Shown here: in pieces, positions 10,422 to 19,884 of the stretch
Position numbering within the stretch: the first letter of the stretch is position 1
How the letters are laid out: each line of letters starts with the position of its first letter
Virus record (IMG/VR): IMGVR_UViG_3300031658_003389
Span: 1 to 57,323 of that record
Direction: 5' to 3' (one strand)
Source of the DNA: a virus
Taxonomy: Duplodnaviria; Caudoviricetes
DNA length: 57,323 nucleotides
The notes under the pieces: model-generated
Told to the model about the DNA's origin: nothing
The model's database searches: none
What the model saw: only the letters and a program-made list of their open reading frames with translations
Made by a program: the position numbers and the translations under genes

Positions 10422-11098
10422 ACGTACCAATAGTAGTTTATACACACACCGATATGGTTGATACTTGGGAGATGTTTTTTGAACAACTCAAAAAATATTT
10501 ACCTAATAATAAAATATATGTTGCAATTAATGAAGAGCATGATTACTTATCAAATTATACTCAAATAACATATGATGATAATAGTAAATACTCAATACGA
10601 TGGCTAGAGGTACTATCTAAATTAGATGTAGAAACATTTCTATTTTTGCATGAGGATATGATATTATTTGATGATGTTAAATTTGATTATATTCAAAAAT
10701 ATTATGATTTGGTAAATAATGATATGGTTACATCAATAAAACTCATTTACACAACTTCATATGAATTACCATCTGAAATTGATAATACATTAGTAAAAGC
10801 TGTTTTTTCTATTCAACCCACTTTGATAAACCGAAAATATTTCGTATCTTTGTGTAAATCAGTAGGAGCTGTAAACATATGGGAATTTGAAGCGGCAGTT
10901 CAACCTAGCGAAACTGATTATATGGTAAAGTTGGGTAACGAAACACTAAGAGGTGAATTTCATTGTGATAGTAGTGTATTCCCTTACATAGCAACAGCTA
11001 TTAATAAAGGTAAGTGGAATATGGGTGAGTATAGGGATGAATTGGATAAATTATTTGGGAAGTATAATATCAACCCATTTGAAAGAGGAATAGTATGA
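10412..11098 (+). CDS. Putative GT-A-like glycosyltransferase
   Basis: FLFLHEDMIL acidic motif, FSIQPTL, WEFE, KGKW; operon context. Confidence 0.5.
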   Translation: MGINVPIVVYTHTDMVDTWEMFFEQLKKYLPNNKIYVAINEEHDYLSNYTQITYDDNSKYSIRWLEVLSKLDVETFLFLHEDMILFDDVKFDYIQKYYDLVNNDMVTSIKLIYTTSYELPSEIDNTLVKAVFSIQPTLINRKYFVSLCKSVGAVNIWEFEAAVQPSETDYMVKLGNETLRGEFHCDSSVFPYIATAINKGKWNMGEYRDELDKLFGKYNINPFERGIV

Positions 11099-12462
11099 AA
11101 ACAAAATTAGTAATTTACGATTTAGATGGTGTATTGGTTGAGGCTAAAAACATCCACTTTGATGCATTGAACGATGCATTAGGAAAAGAATATGAAATCA
11201 GTTGGGCTGAGCACCTATCAACTTATGATGGTTTAAAAACAAATCAAAAGTTAGAGATGTTGAGTGAGAACAAAGGTTTACCAACTGAACAACATTCTGA
11301 TATTTGGGAAAAGAAACAAAAGTACACATTGAAAATGTTGAAAGAGTTAAAACCCAATATAGAATTGCAATCGTTAATGAGTTCATTGGTTGATGATGGG
11401 TATAAGATTGCAGTTTGTTCTAACTCAATTAGAAAGACTGTACTGACAGTTCTATCTAAATTGGGTATAATGGAATATATGGATTTAGTTATATCTAATG
11501 AAGATGTTAAAAACTCTAAACCACATCCAGAAATGTATTGGAAAGCAATATCAATGATGAGTTGTTTACCCGGTGAAACTTTAATTGTAGAAGATTCACC
11601 ATACGGATTACTTGCAGCATCTCGTTCTAACTCACACATTCTTAGAGTAAAGAACCCAGATGAAGTAACATATGATAATATATACAAAAAGTTAAAAGAA
11701 ATTAAAATGGGAAAAACAAATGATAAACCCAAGTGGGTAGATGAAAAGCTGAATGTATTAATACCAATGGCGGGGGCTGGAAGTAGGTTCGCTACTGCTG
11801 GATATACATTCCCAAAACCACTAATAGATGTGGAGGGTAAACCTATGATTCAATTGGTAGTTGAGAATTTGAACATAGATGCAAATTACATATATGTAGT
11901 TCAGAAATCACATAGAGAAAAATTCAACTTAGATACCTTACTAAATCTAATAACACCAAATTGTACTATTGTAGAAGTTGATGGTGTAACTGAGGGGGCT
12001 GCTTGTACTGCTTTATTGGCTAAAGAATTTATTGATAATGGTAATCCATTGTTCTTCGCTAATTCTGACCAATTTGTAGAATGGGATTCAAATGAGTTTT
12101 TCTACAAAATGAATGAGAATGATTGCGATGGTGGTATTCCAGTGTTTCGTTCAACCCACCCTAAGTGGAGTTTTGCTAAGTTAGATGAAGATGGGTTCGT
12201 AACTGAAGTACAAGAAAAGAATCCAATCTCAGATTTAGCAACCATTGGTTTCTACTATTGGAAGCAAGGTTCTGATTTTGTGAAATACTCAGAAGAGATG
12301 ATTGAGCAAGAAATCAGAGTAAATGGTGAATTCTATGTATGTCCTGTTTATAATAACGCTATCAAAGGCGGATTAAAGGTGAGAACATTTGATACACCTA
12401 AAATGTGGGGATTGGGAACCCCTGAAGATTTAAAACATTATTTAGAAAATTATGGTAAATAA
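11095..12462 (+). CDS. HAD phosphatase fused to sugar nucleotidyltransferase
   Basis: N-terminal YDLDGVLV, SNS, KPHPE, VEDS; C-terminal IPMAGAGSRF, PKPLI, EK..IS, GLGTPEDL. Confidence 0.9.
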   Translation: MKTKLVIYDLDGVLVEAKNIHFDALNDALGKEYEISWAEHLSTYDGLKTNQKLEMLSENKGLPTEQHSDIWEKKQKYTLKMLKELKPNIELQSLMSSLVDDGYKIAVCSNSIRKTVLTVLSKLGIMEYMDLVISNEDVKNSKPHPEMYWKAISMMSCLPGETLIVEDSPYGLLAASRSNSHILRVKNPDEVTYDNIYKKLKEIKMGKTNDKPKWVDEKLNVLIPMAGAGSRFATAGYTFPKPLIDVEGKPMIQLVVENLNIDANYIYVVQKSHREKFNLDTLLNLITPNCTIVEVDGVTEGAACTALLAKEFIDNGNPLFFANSDQFVEWDSNEFFYKMNENDCDGGIPVFRSTHPKWSFAKLDEDGFVTEVQEKNPISDLATIGFYYWKQGSDFVKYSEEMIEQEIRVNGEFYVCPVYNNAIKGGLKVRTFDTPKMWGLGTPEDLKHYLENYGK

Positions 12463-13144
12463 AAGTAACAGTTATACAAATATGCAGAAGAATCAATATT
12501 CTTCTGGAACAAGTAATCATCCGGAGCATAATGATAATCCAAATTATTGGGATATCCTATTGAGTGATTTGAAAGATTCGGATAAATGGTCTGGTAAGAA
12601 CGCATTAGATTTCGCAAGTGGTAAAGGTAGGAATGTATCAAATATGTTATCTACCTGTAATTGGAATAGAGTTGATGGTGTGGATATATCGGAAGGTAAT
12701 ATTGAATTTTGTAAAAGTTGGCACAACTCTAAATTAAGTAATTGGTATTGTAATAATGGAACTGATGTATCTGAGATAAATGATAATGAATATGATTTCA
12801 TAATGTCAACAATAGCACTACAACATATACCAGTATATGATATTAGAAAATCATTGATTACTGATTTACTTCGTACTCTTAAACCAGGTGGATTATTTTC
12901 ATTTCAAATGGGATTTGGTGAAGGGTTGGAATCACCAATAGGACCAAGAAGTGCATACTATACAAACTTCTATGATGCACAAGCAACCAACTCCGCTCAC
13001 GATGTTAGGGTACATAATGAATCTGATGTAATTGAGGATTTAACAAATATTGGATATACAAACATAACAACTGAAGTTAGAGAATCATTTTCAGATAGTG
13101 GGCACCCACAATGGATTTATGTAAAAGCTTATAAACCACAATAA
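12452..13144 (+). CDS. Class I SAM-dependent methyltransferase
   Basis: ALDFASGKGRN, GVDIS, YDFI, LQHI, LKPGG. Confidence 0.9.
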   Translation: MVNKSNSYTNMQKNQYSSGTSNHPEHNDNPNYWDILLSDLKDSDKWSGKNALDFASGKGRNVSNMLSTCNWNRVDGVDISEGNIEFCKSWHNSKLSNWYCNNGTDVSEINDNEYDFIMSTIALQHIPVYDIRKSLITDLLRTLKPGGLFSFQMGFGEGLESPIGPRSAYYTNFYDAQATNSAHDVRVHNESDVIEDLTNIGYTNITTEVRESFSDSGHPQWIYVKAYKPQ

Positions 13145-14382
13145 TGACAAATTATCAAAGAATAACATTCGTAATACCTTGTAGAAGTAATCTACCATAT
13201 CTACAACAAGCCGTAGGTTCTATTGAAGAACACTATGGTAGTGAACATGATATCGTAATATTGGATGATGCTTCTGATGATAATAGTTGGGAGTGGATTG
13301 AAAGTTACGCAGATGGTAAAGATAATATCATCACATATAGAAACGATAGTGGTGATAGAGTTGGGCATACTGTATTGTATGATGTTGGGTTTAAGTTGGC
13401 TAAGACTCCAATTGTATCAATATTACATTCAGATATGGTAGTAACACCAATGTACGTTCAGAATACATTAAAACACCTTACACCAATGAGTGTAGTATCG
13501 GCAACTCGTATCGAACCACCTCTACATCCACCTGGGCCTGAAAAGTACGTTAGGAACTTTGGCATGGAAGTGGATGAGTTTACTAATCAGAAAGATGAAT
13601 TCTTAGAGTTTGTAAATTCTAAAGAGTTGATTGATAGAGATAAAACATCAATGGGTATCTTTGCACCTTGGGTAATGTATAAAGAAGATTTTACATCAAT
13701 CGGTGGACATGACTTCTTATTCGCACCTATGGAATTGGAAGATTCTGATATCTTCAATAGATTTCATTTAAATGGATATAAGTTAATTCAGAGTAGAGAT
13801 GCATATGTGTATCATATGACTTGTAGAGGAAGCAGGTTTAAAGATGGTATTGAAATTGAAAAAGAGATTCCATTACCTGATGGAACTATTTGGTACAAAC
13901 CAAAAGATTCAGAAGAATATACAAAACTAAGACAAACTAAGTTCAAAGAGTGGTGGAGAAAATGGCATATTGATGTGTTGCATGATGATAATATGTTACC
14001 AATTGTACCAAAACGATACAATACGGGTTTTGTTGTTAAAAATTGTAATACACAGCTATTATCAATATTAGAACCTTGGTGTGATACTATATATGTAGAT
14101 TGTGAATATGGTGCTTATGTAGCATTGGAAAATAAACAATCTGAATATGATATAACTGATAGAGTTAAACCATTTGATAATGAAAAAAATAATGATATAA
14201 TCATTTCGTTTGATGCAACTAAAATCACACAAGAACATTTTGCTGAGTTTATTAAAAGGTTACCTTTTATAATTGAGGAAACTGATACATTTGGAAGTTT
14301 CTCATTTGATATATTTGATATATACATCAAATCTTTGAAAACCATTGATATGATTAAACCACATTTTAAAAACGTATTTTAA
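13144..14382 (+). CDS. Glycosyltransferase, GT2
   Basis: FVIPCR, ILDDASDD, HSDM, GGHD..F, EDSD. Confidence 0.9.
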   Translation: MTNYQRITFVIPCRSNLPYLQQAVGSIEEHYGSEHDIVILDDASDDNSWEWIESYADGKDNIITYRNDSGDRVGHTVLYDVGFKLAKTPIVSILHSDMVVTPMYVQNTLKHLTPMSVVSATRIEPPLHPPGPEKYVRNFGMEVDEFTNQKDEFLEFVNSKELIDRDKTSMGIFAPWVMYKEDFTSIGGHDFLFAPMELEDSDIFNRFHLNGYKLIQSRDAYVYHMTCRGSRFKDGIEIEKEIPLPDGTIWYKPKDSEEYTKLRQTKFKEWWRKWHIDVLHDDNMLPIVPKRYNTGFVVKNCNTQLLSILEPWCDTIYVDCEYGAYVALENKQSEYDITDRVKPFDNEKNNDIIISFDATKITQEHFAEFIKRLPFIIEETDTFGSFSFDIFDIYIKSLKTIDMIKPHFKNVF

Positions 14383-15248
14383 TGAGTAAGAAAACATTAG
14401 TGTGTATTCACATCATGCCAAATGAAATAGAGATGTTTCAAACCTTTATGATTCAATATCGTAAGGCACTTATGTATTGTAAGGATTATGAGGTGTACAT
14501 AAAGGCAACTTTAAACCTAAATCCAAAATTGACTGATTGGGATAAAAGTGAATTAAAGCAAGATTATTTCATTAAGATATTTAATGAACAATTTCAATAT
14601 AAGGAAATACATCAACTTAATGAAATAATATTAGATGATTCTATGTGGGGTACGACTCAACAAAAACGAGAATCGATTAAGATTGATTACTTTGACCAAT
14701 TCGTATTTGTAGATACTGATATAGTTCTCCACGAATTCCAATTATTATATCAGCTCAAAGCAGCTGAACCATTAAATGGCAAATTTATAGTTTCACCTGC
14801 ATTACCTAAATGGTTTGATGATAGTTGGAATGTATTGACTTGTAGTGGTATGGAAAATATTGCTTTCAATACTAAGGAAACATTAGATAGTGTATATCTA
14901 CAACAACCAACTGAGTTGAATATGAAATCAACACCCTACATTAAATTCGGATGTGGTATGCACACATTATATTCTAGAGAGTTTTGGCAGTTCATTGGAA
15001 TACCTGAATCATTTGGAGGATATGGACCCGAAGATACTTTTGCAATGGTAGCATCTACTAGAGCAAACGAACGTGGATATAATATCAAACAATATGTCTT
15101 AGATGGGTTATACATCACCGAAGATTACTTTAATAGGGAACCTACCATTAAAGATAAAATCACTAAAGCTGATTTAAAAGAGGATTTCTACGAAACAGCT
15201 AAATCACATTACACACAAGAAATGTTACAATTCATCAGTACACTTTAA
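14382..15248 (+). CDS. Putative GT-A glycosyltransferase
   Basis: FVDTDIV (DxD) and FGGYGPED motif. Confidence 0.65.
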   Translation: MSKKTLVCIHIMPNEIEMFQTFMIQYRKALMYCKDYEVYIKATLNLNPKLTDWDKSELKQDYFIKIFNEQFQYKEIHQLNEIILDDSMWGTTQQKRESIKIDYFDQFVFVDTDIVLHEFQLLYQLKAAEPLNGKFIVSPALPKWFDDSWNVLTCSGMENIAFNTKETLDSVYLQQPTELNMKSTPYIKFGCGMHTLYSREFWQFIGIPESFGGYGPEDTFAMVASTRANERGYNIKQYVLDGLYITEDYFNREPTIKDKITKADLKEDFYETAKSHYTQEMLQFISTL

Positions 15249-15327
15249 TCGTTTCTATTCAATATCAATATTTATACCCAAATAGGTTATGTTAATTGGT
15301 TACTTAAATTAACTAAACAAACATATT

Positions 15328-15558
15328 ATGGCATTTAAAGATATTTTTAAAGACAAAAACGATTATAACGAAAAAAACATTGTAGGATTCGCATCATTCG
15401 CAGTAATGGCAGTATTCGCAGCAGCGGATATCATAACTGGAATTATTGGTACTGAACTAATAATAGATGATACTGTATTCAATTCATTCGTAATTATTAC
15501 TTTAGGCTCTTTTGGAATCGATGGTGTAACCAAGATATTTAAAAAAGACGAACAATAA
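15328..15558 (+). CDS. Small two-TM membrane protein (holin-like)
   Basis: Two hydrophobic segments with charged termini. Confidence 0.55.
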   Translation: MAFKDIFKDKNDYNEKNIVGFASFAVMAVFAAADIITGIIGTELIIDDTVFNSFVIITLGSFGIDGVTKIFKKDEQ

Positions 15559-15600
15559 TGATAAAAGGTAACCTCAACCTATTGGGGTTGCTGAATCATT
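15557..15600 (+). terminator. Intergenic stem-loop (terminator or processing site)
   Basis: GGTAACCTCAA/TTGGGGTTGCT stem with G-U pairs, outer AATGAT/ATCATT; no U-tract. Confidence 0.4.
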
Positions 15601-15651
15601 AAATAAAATTATCTTTATATTTATTATAGAGGTAGTATAAAATAAGAAATT

Positions 15652-16197
15652 ATGAAACTAATAGAACAACATTTAATTGAAAAGTTTGAGGAAAGATTTA
15701 CCATTGAACAATTGGTAGAAGCTGGTATTCCTAAACTTTATATGAAAATGGAAGCAGTTAAAAAAGTTATTAAGGAGTTAGAAGCCGATAGAAAGAAAGT
15801 GGTGGTACCTTATAATAATGAGAAGGACCCTACTAAGAAATTAAAACTTCTTAATATCCTAAAGGATTTAACTAAAAAAATAAACGCACGTAGAAAGAAT
15901 CTTATCCAAATGCAAGATATGGAAGATAAGTATGTTTCTAAATTAGGTGTTGATGATGAACTAAAATTGGAAGATACTGATATCGGACATCAGGATGATG
16001 AACCGGGTATGTTAAGAGCTGATTTAAGTACCATCGAACGATACGCAGATGAGTTGGGAGAAATGATGGTTGAGTTTGAAGAAAGTGGAAAAGAGATTGA
16101 CTTACCACATTGGTGGCAAGCTAAAGTTATCAAAGCAAAAGATTACCTAATAGGTGCAAAACATTACCTTAGAGCAGAATTAGAAAAAGGAAAATAA
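15652..16197 (+). CDS. Two-module putative internal virion protein
   Basis: Leader ending LVE-A, coiled-coil module, LKLE-D junction, second module EPGM...LPHWWQAKVIKAKDY. Confidence 0.55.
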   Translation: MKLIEQHLIEKFEERFTIEQLVEAGIPKLYMKMEAVKKVIKELEADRKKVVVPYNNEKDPTKKLKLLNILKDLTKKINARRKNLIQMQDMEDKYVSKLGVDDELKLEDTDIGHQDDEPGMLRADLSTIERYADELGEMMVEFEESGKEIDLPHWWQAKVIKAKDYLIGAKHYLRAELEKGK

Positions 16198-16205
16198 CAA
16201 CAACT

Positions 16206-16538
16206 ATGCAAACTGAATCAATATACGCAGTATTTATCACATTAGCCACAGTCTTAGGTTCAGCCGGAGCTTGGAGGTTTTATGAGAAACGTGCTCAATA
16301 CAAAAAAGAAGAAGAAGATTTCATCAAAGATGATTGCGCAAAGCGTATTGATAGGTTGGAGGAATTATTGGAACGTAGCTCAAACGAAAAAGATGACTTA
16401 CGAGAAAAGATATTACAACTCACAAAGGATTTAGCAGAACTTAGTGTTAAAGTACAATATTTAGAAAAAGAAAACCTAAGATTATTGGAATTAAATAATC
16501 AGGCTTTTATTAATCAAAATTTGGATAAGTTAAAATAA
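16206..16538 (+). CDS. Membrane-anchored coiled-coil protein
   Basis: N-terminal TM (VFITLATVLGSAGAW) then heptad repeats. Confidence 0.6.
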   Translation: MQTESIYAVFITLATVLGSAGAWRFYEKRAQYKKEEEDFIKDDCAKRIDRLEELLERSSNEKDDLREKILQLTKDLAELSVKVQYLEKENLRLLELNNQAFINQNLDKLK

Positions 16539-16552
16539 TTTCGTATATTAGT

Positions 16553-17107
16553 ATGTTGATAAAAGAGCAAGAAGATATGATAGCACGAAGTTTACTTACT
16601 GAAAAAAAGAGTTTAAGAGTTTTTGATTTTGATGATACTCTTGTAAAAACAACTTCATTCATATACATCACTCATTCGGATGGTAAAAAATCAAAACTAA
16701 CTCCGGGTGAATACGCAGTTTACGATGAAAAGGATGGTGATGATTTTGATTTTTCAGATTTCAACAAAGTTAAAGACCCAAAGGAAATAAAAAGTATTAC
16801 TAAGATTTTAAGAAGAGTAATGATGAGTAGTGGTGGTAGTGGTGTTTATATCTTAACTGCTAGAGCAGCATACAAACCTATTAAGAAGTATCTAAAAGAT
16901 ATTGGAGTAAATTCCAATAAAATATATGTAGTAGCATTAGCATCCAATAACCCGAAAGATAAAGCTGATTGGATAGAAGATAAAATCGATAACGAAGGTT
17001 ACGATGATGTGTATTTTGCTGATGATTCCAAAAAGAACGTAGATGCAACTAAGAAGATGTTGAGAGGTAAGGATGTACGTTGGCGAGTTCAACATATAAA
17101 ACACTAA
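16553..17107 (+). CDS. HAD-superfamily phosphatase (RNA-repair type HAD-like)
   Basis: VFDFDDTL, ILTAR, K, FADDSKKN. True start may be ATG 16577 because a promoter motif ends at 16551. Confidence 0.8.
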   Translation: MLIKEQEDMIARSLLTEKKSLRVFDFDDTLVKTTSFIYITHSDGKKSKLTPGEYAVYDEKDGDDFDFSDFNKVKDPKEIKSITKILRRVMMSSGGSGVYILTARAAYKPIKKYLKDIGVNSNKIYVVALASNNPKDKADWIEDKIDNEGYDDVYFADDSKKNVDATKKMLRGKDVRWRVQHIKH

Positions 17108-17140
17108 AAAACTATATTTATAATATAATAACAATTAAGT

Positions 17141-17428
17141 ATGAAAATCAATATTAAAGCAGGTGGTAAAACTCACAAAGTTGAGTTTAAGTTTATACCC
17201 CAACTAAAAAACAAAGGGTTAATCGCTATCGCAAAAAGTTCTAAAGAATTGGATGCACTTCAGTTAGCTATCGCAGATAGAGCTGGTGGTGATGAACTGA
17301 TTGATTATATCATATTAAAAGAATTAGATAAGAAATTAAAATTACCTGTTGAAATTGACCATAGTTATGATGGTGCTGGATACGGATTTGTATTTGATTT
17401 CTACACAATAGCAAAAAAACTAAATTAA
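17141..17428 (+). CDS. Hypothetical protein
   Basis: ORF after TATATTTATA motif, adjacent to the next gene. Confidence 0.6.
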   Translation: MKINIKAGGKTHKVEFKFIPQLKNKGLIAIAKSSKELDALQLAIADRAGGDELIDYIILKELDKKLKLPVEIDHSYDGAGYGFVFDFYTIAKKLN

Positions 17429-17429
17429 G

Positions 17430-19598
17430 ATGGCAAAACCAAAGATGCAAACAATCACTCGTAAGGATTGGGATAAGAAACATAAAGATTTTAAACTAAT
17501 CGGTAAGGATAAGATTCCTTACATTATGGTTTATGATAATGGTACAAAGTTAATCCCAGTGAAAATCATAGAGGGTGAAATTGAAGAAAGTGTTGCATCA
17601 GCAATAGACCAAATTAGACAAGATTCAAAAGATATTAGAGATTTCTTAAAGAAGGTATTTTCGGATAGTGATTTCAGAGCAATGAAAAACGATAAAGATT
17701 TCGTTCAGTATCTTAAATCAATATATGAAGGAGTATCGGTAAACGAATCATCTAACGTTAGCAAACGTAGAGCTGGTGCTGAATTAAAACAAAAATTAAA
17801 AGGTAAACGTTCTGATGGAATGGGTAAATATACCGCTACTATCTACGGAATGGATTCAGCTGGTAAGCGAGTTGAATTAAAAAGTTTAAATGATTTAAAC
17901 AAATATTCTGAATTTGAGTTAGATGAATCAGTAGTTAATGAAGGTAGAGGTATTAACGCTATCTCAAAACTACAACAAAAGAACATTGATGATATTGCTA
18001 AGGCATTGGATTTCTATAAGAAAAACAAAGATACAGATAAAAAGGAAGCTTTTATAAAGGTTCTTAAAAAACTTGGTGATGAAAAGAAGAAGTTGGCTAA
18101 GGAACTTGATGATAAAGTTAGTGGTATGTATAAGGATGCTGAATACAAAGGTGAATCAGTAGTTACTGAAGCTGGTGATACAAAAGTAACTCTAACAAAA
18201 AGAAGAGCAAATTTGGTTAAATCAAACGAAAGATTTGGTAACTTAGAATCAAACCCCAATCGTAGAAAAAAGATATCTGTTAATAATGCAGAAATTAAAT
18301 CAATTGACTCTAAATTGAAATCGTTAAGTAAAAACGAATCAGTAGTAAACGAAGGTAAATTCAAAAAGGATGATTTAGTTTATAATAAAAGAACTAAGAC
18401 TGTTGGTATCGTAAGATTAGGTGATGATAAATCAGGTGAAGTGAAAACTGATGCTGATGGTAATGTGGATGTAGATGAATTGGAAAAATATAATCCAATT
18501 AAAAACAAACACCAAAACAATGCAAAGGTTGCACCATCTACTGAAAAGGAAGTAAGTAAGAGAGGTTTATTTAATCCATTCAAAAACGAATCAGTAGTTA
18601 CTGAAGCTAAAGAAGATGATGTTATCATTCAATTAAGAAAAATTGTAAAAGATAAACAAAACGCTTTAGTAGTTGATACTAAATCAAAGAAGAAAGTAAG
18701 AGTAGATATGCAATCAGCATCTCTAATGGTTCAAGTATATGATGCACTTAAACAACAATCTAATAAAGATAAGTTTGTAAAGAGTGGTATTGTAGCAATG
18801 GGACATATGGCATACAAACTTATGAAGAATGAGGATGTAAACGAAGGAGATGGGTTATGGGCAAACATAAGAGCTAAGAAAGCTAGAGGTGGGAAACCTG
18901 CACACAAAAACTCAAAAGCTCACAAAGATGCAGTTAAAGCTGGTAATAAAATAAATAAATCCGAATCAGTAAATGAAGGAAAATTTATTGCATTCTACAA
19001 CAAAAAGCAGTATAAGATAAATGGTACTGATTTATGGGATGCTAAGAAAAAGGCAATTGCACAATTAAAGATACCTAAATCAAAGCAAGGGTTGTTAGCA
19101 ATCAAATCTGAGAAATCAATGGCTAACCAAGATTTTAAATTCGAATCAACAATTTCAGAAGCTAAGGCATTCGTAGTAATGTTTAAAGTTAAGAAAGATA
19201 TTAACAATAGAAATATAAAACCAGCATCAGCTGCATATTCAAGCGAAGTAGATGCTAAGAAGTTCTTAAAATCAGTTGAAAAGGATGGTGGAAAGGCAAT
19301 GATAATTCGTTCAAACATTTCGGGCATGAAAGTTAACGAAGCTAAGGATGAGATATATTTCAAATCTTATACTCATGCTATTGAAGCTGCTGAAGTAATG
19401 GCTGGTAAAAAAGGGTACACTATTGAAGATGATGAGTTGTTCAACAAAGTAGGTATGAATTCAAAAAGACCTTCAGTTGGTAAAACAACTAAAGTAAATT
19501 TGGAATTACTTAAAAATGGTAAACCTCAAAAGAAAATGTTACACATTCAAGTATATGGTATGAAGAATGGGTACGAATTGAACGCATACATAAACTAA
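17430..19598 (+). CDS. Modular Lys-rich polyprotein, putative internal head protein with repeated ESVV(N/T)E linkers
   Basis: About ten unrelated 40-85 aa segments separated by SVNE, ESVVNE, ESVVTE, ESVVNE, ESVVTE, EDVNE, ESVNE, ESTISE, KVNE. Confidence 0.7.
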   Translation: MAKPKMQTITRKDWDKKHKDFKLIGKDKIPYIMVYDNGTKLIPVKIIEGEIEESVASAIDQIRQDSKDIRDFLKKVFSDSDFRAMKNDKDFVQYLKSIYEGVSVNESSNVSKRRAGAELKQKLKGKRSDGMGKYTATIYGMDSAGKRVELKSLNDLNKYSEFELDESVVNEGRGINAISKLQQKNIDDIAKALDFYKKNKDTDKKEAFIKVLKKLGDEKKKLAKELDDKVSGMYKDAEYKGESVVTEAGDTKVTLTKRRANLVKSNERFGNLESNPNRRKKISVNNAEIKSIDSKLKSLSKNESVVNEGKFKKDDLVYNKRTKTVGIVRLGDDKSGEVKTDADGNVDVDELEKYNPIKNKHQNNAKVAPSTEKEVSKRGLFNPFKNESVVTEAKEDDVIIQLRKIVKDKQNALVVDTKSKKKVRVDMQSASLMVQVYDALKQQSNKDKFVKSGIVAMGHMAYKLMKNEDVNEGDGLWANIRAKKARGGKPAHKNSKAHKDAVKAGNKINKSESVNEGKFIAFYNKKQYKINGTDLWDAKKKAIAQLKIPKSKQGLLAIKSEKSMANQDFKFESTISEAKAFVVMFKVKKDINNRNIKPASAAYSSEVDAKKFLKSVEKDGGKAMIIRSNISGMKVNEAKDEIYFKSYTHAIEAAEVMAGKKGYTIEDDELFNKVGMNSKRPSVGKTTKVNLELLKNGKPQKKMLHIQVYGMKNGYELNAYIN
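17925..18605 (+). repeat. Dispersed 18-bp in-frame linker repeats GAATCAGTAGT(T/A)A(A/C)(T/C)GAA
   Basis: Copies at 17925, 18153, 18336, 18588; variants at 18963, 19143, 24890, 25340. Confidence 0.85.
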
Positions 19599-19617
19599 TT
19601 ATATTAATTGTTACAAT

Positions 19618-19878
19618 ATGAGTAAACCAAAGGCTAGAGTTTCTGTTGAAGTCCGTAAGGGTGATATTAATAGGGCTTTAAAAATCTTCAAAAGAAGGGG
19701 GTTTGATAGTGGACATATCCAAGAATTAAAGGATAGGAAAGAATACACTAAACCAACTACTTCTAAACGAAGAGAAAAGCAAAAGGCTATTTACATACAG
19801 AAGTTGAAAACAATTGAAGATAAAGATGAAAGGGGTGACTTAAACGAAACTCCCGATAAAAAAAGTAAAAGGAGATAA
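19618..19878 (+). CDS. rpsU: Ribosomal protein bS21, phage-encoded
   Basis: VEVRKGDINRALKIFKRR, ELKDRKEYTKPT..KRREKQKAIYIQ match the bS21 pattern. Confidence 0.9.
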   Translation: MSKPKARVSVEVRKGDINRALKIFKRRGFDSGHIQELKDRKEYTKPTTSKRREKQKAIYIQKLKTIEDKDERGDLNETPDKKSKRR

Positions 19879-19884
19879 ACTATC

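Noticed and set aside
17925-18605. Linker repeats as a CRISPR array
   Set aside because: Repeats are 18 bp, in frame in an open ORF, with irregular spacing of about 180-250 bp.
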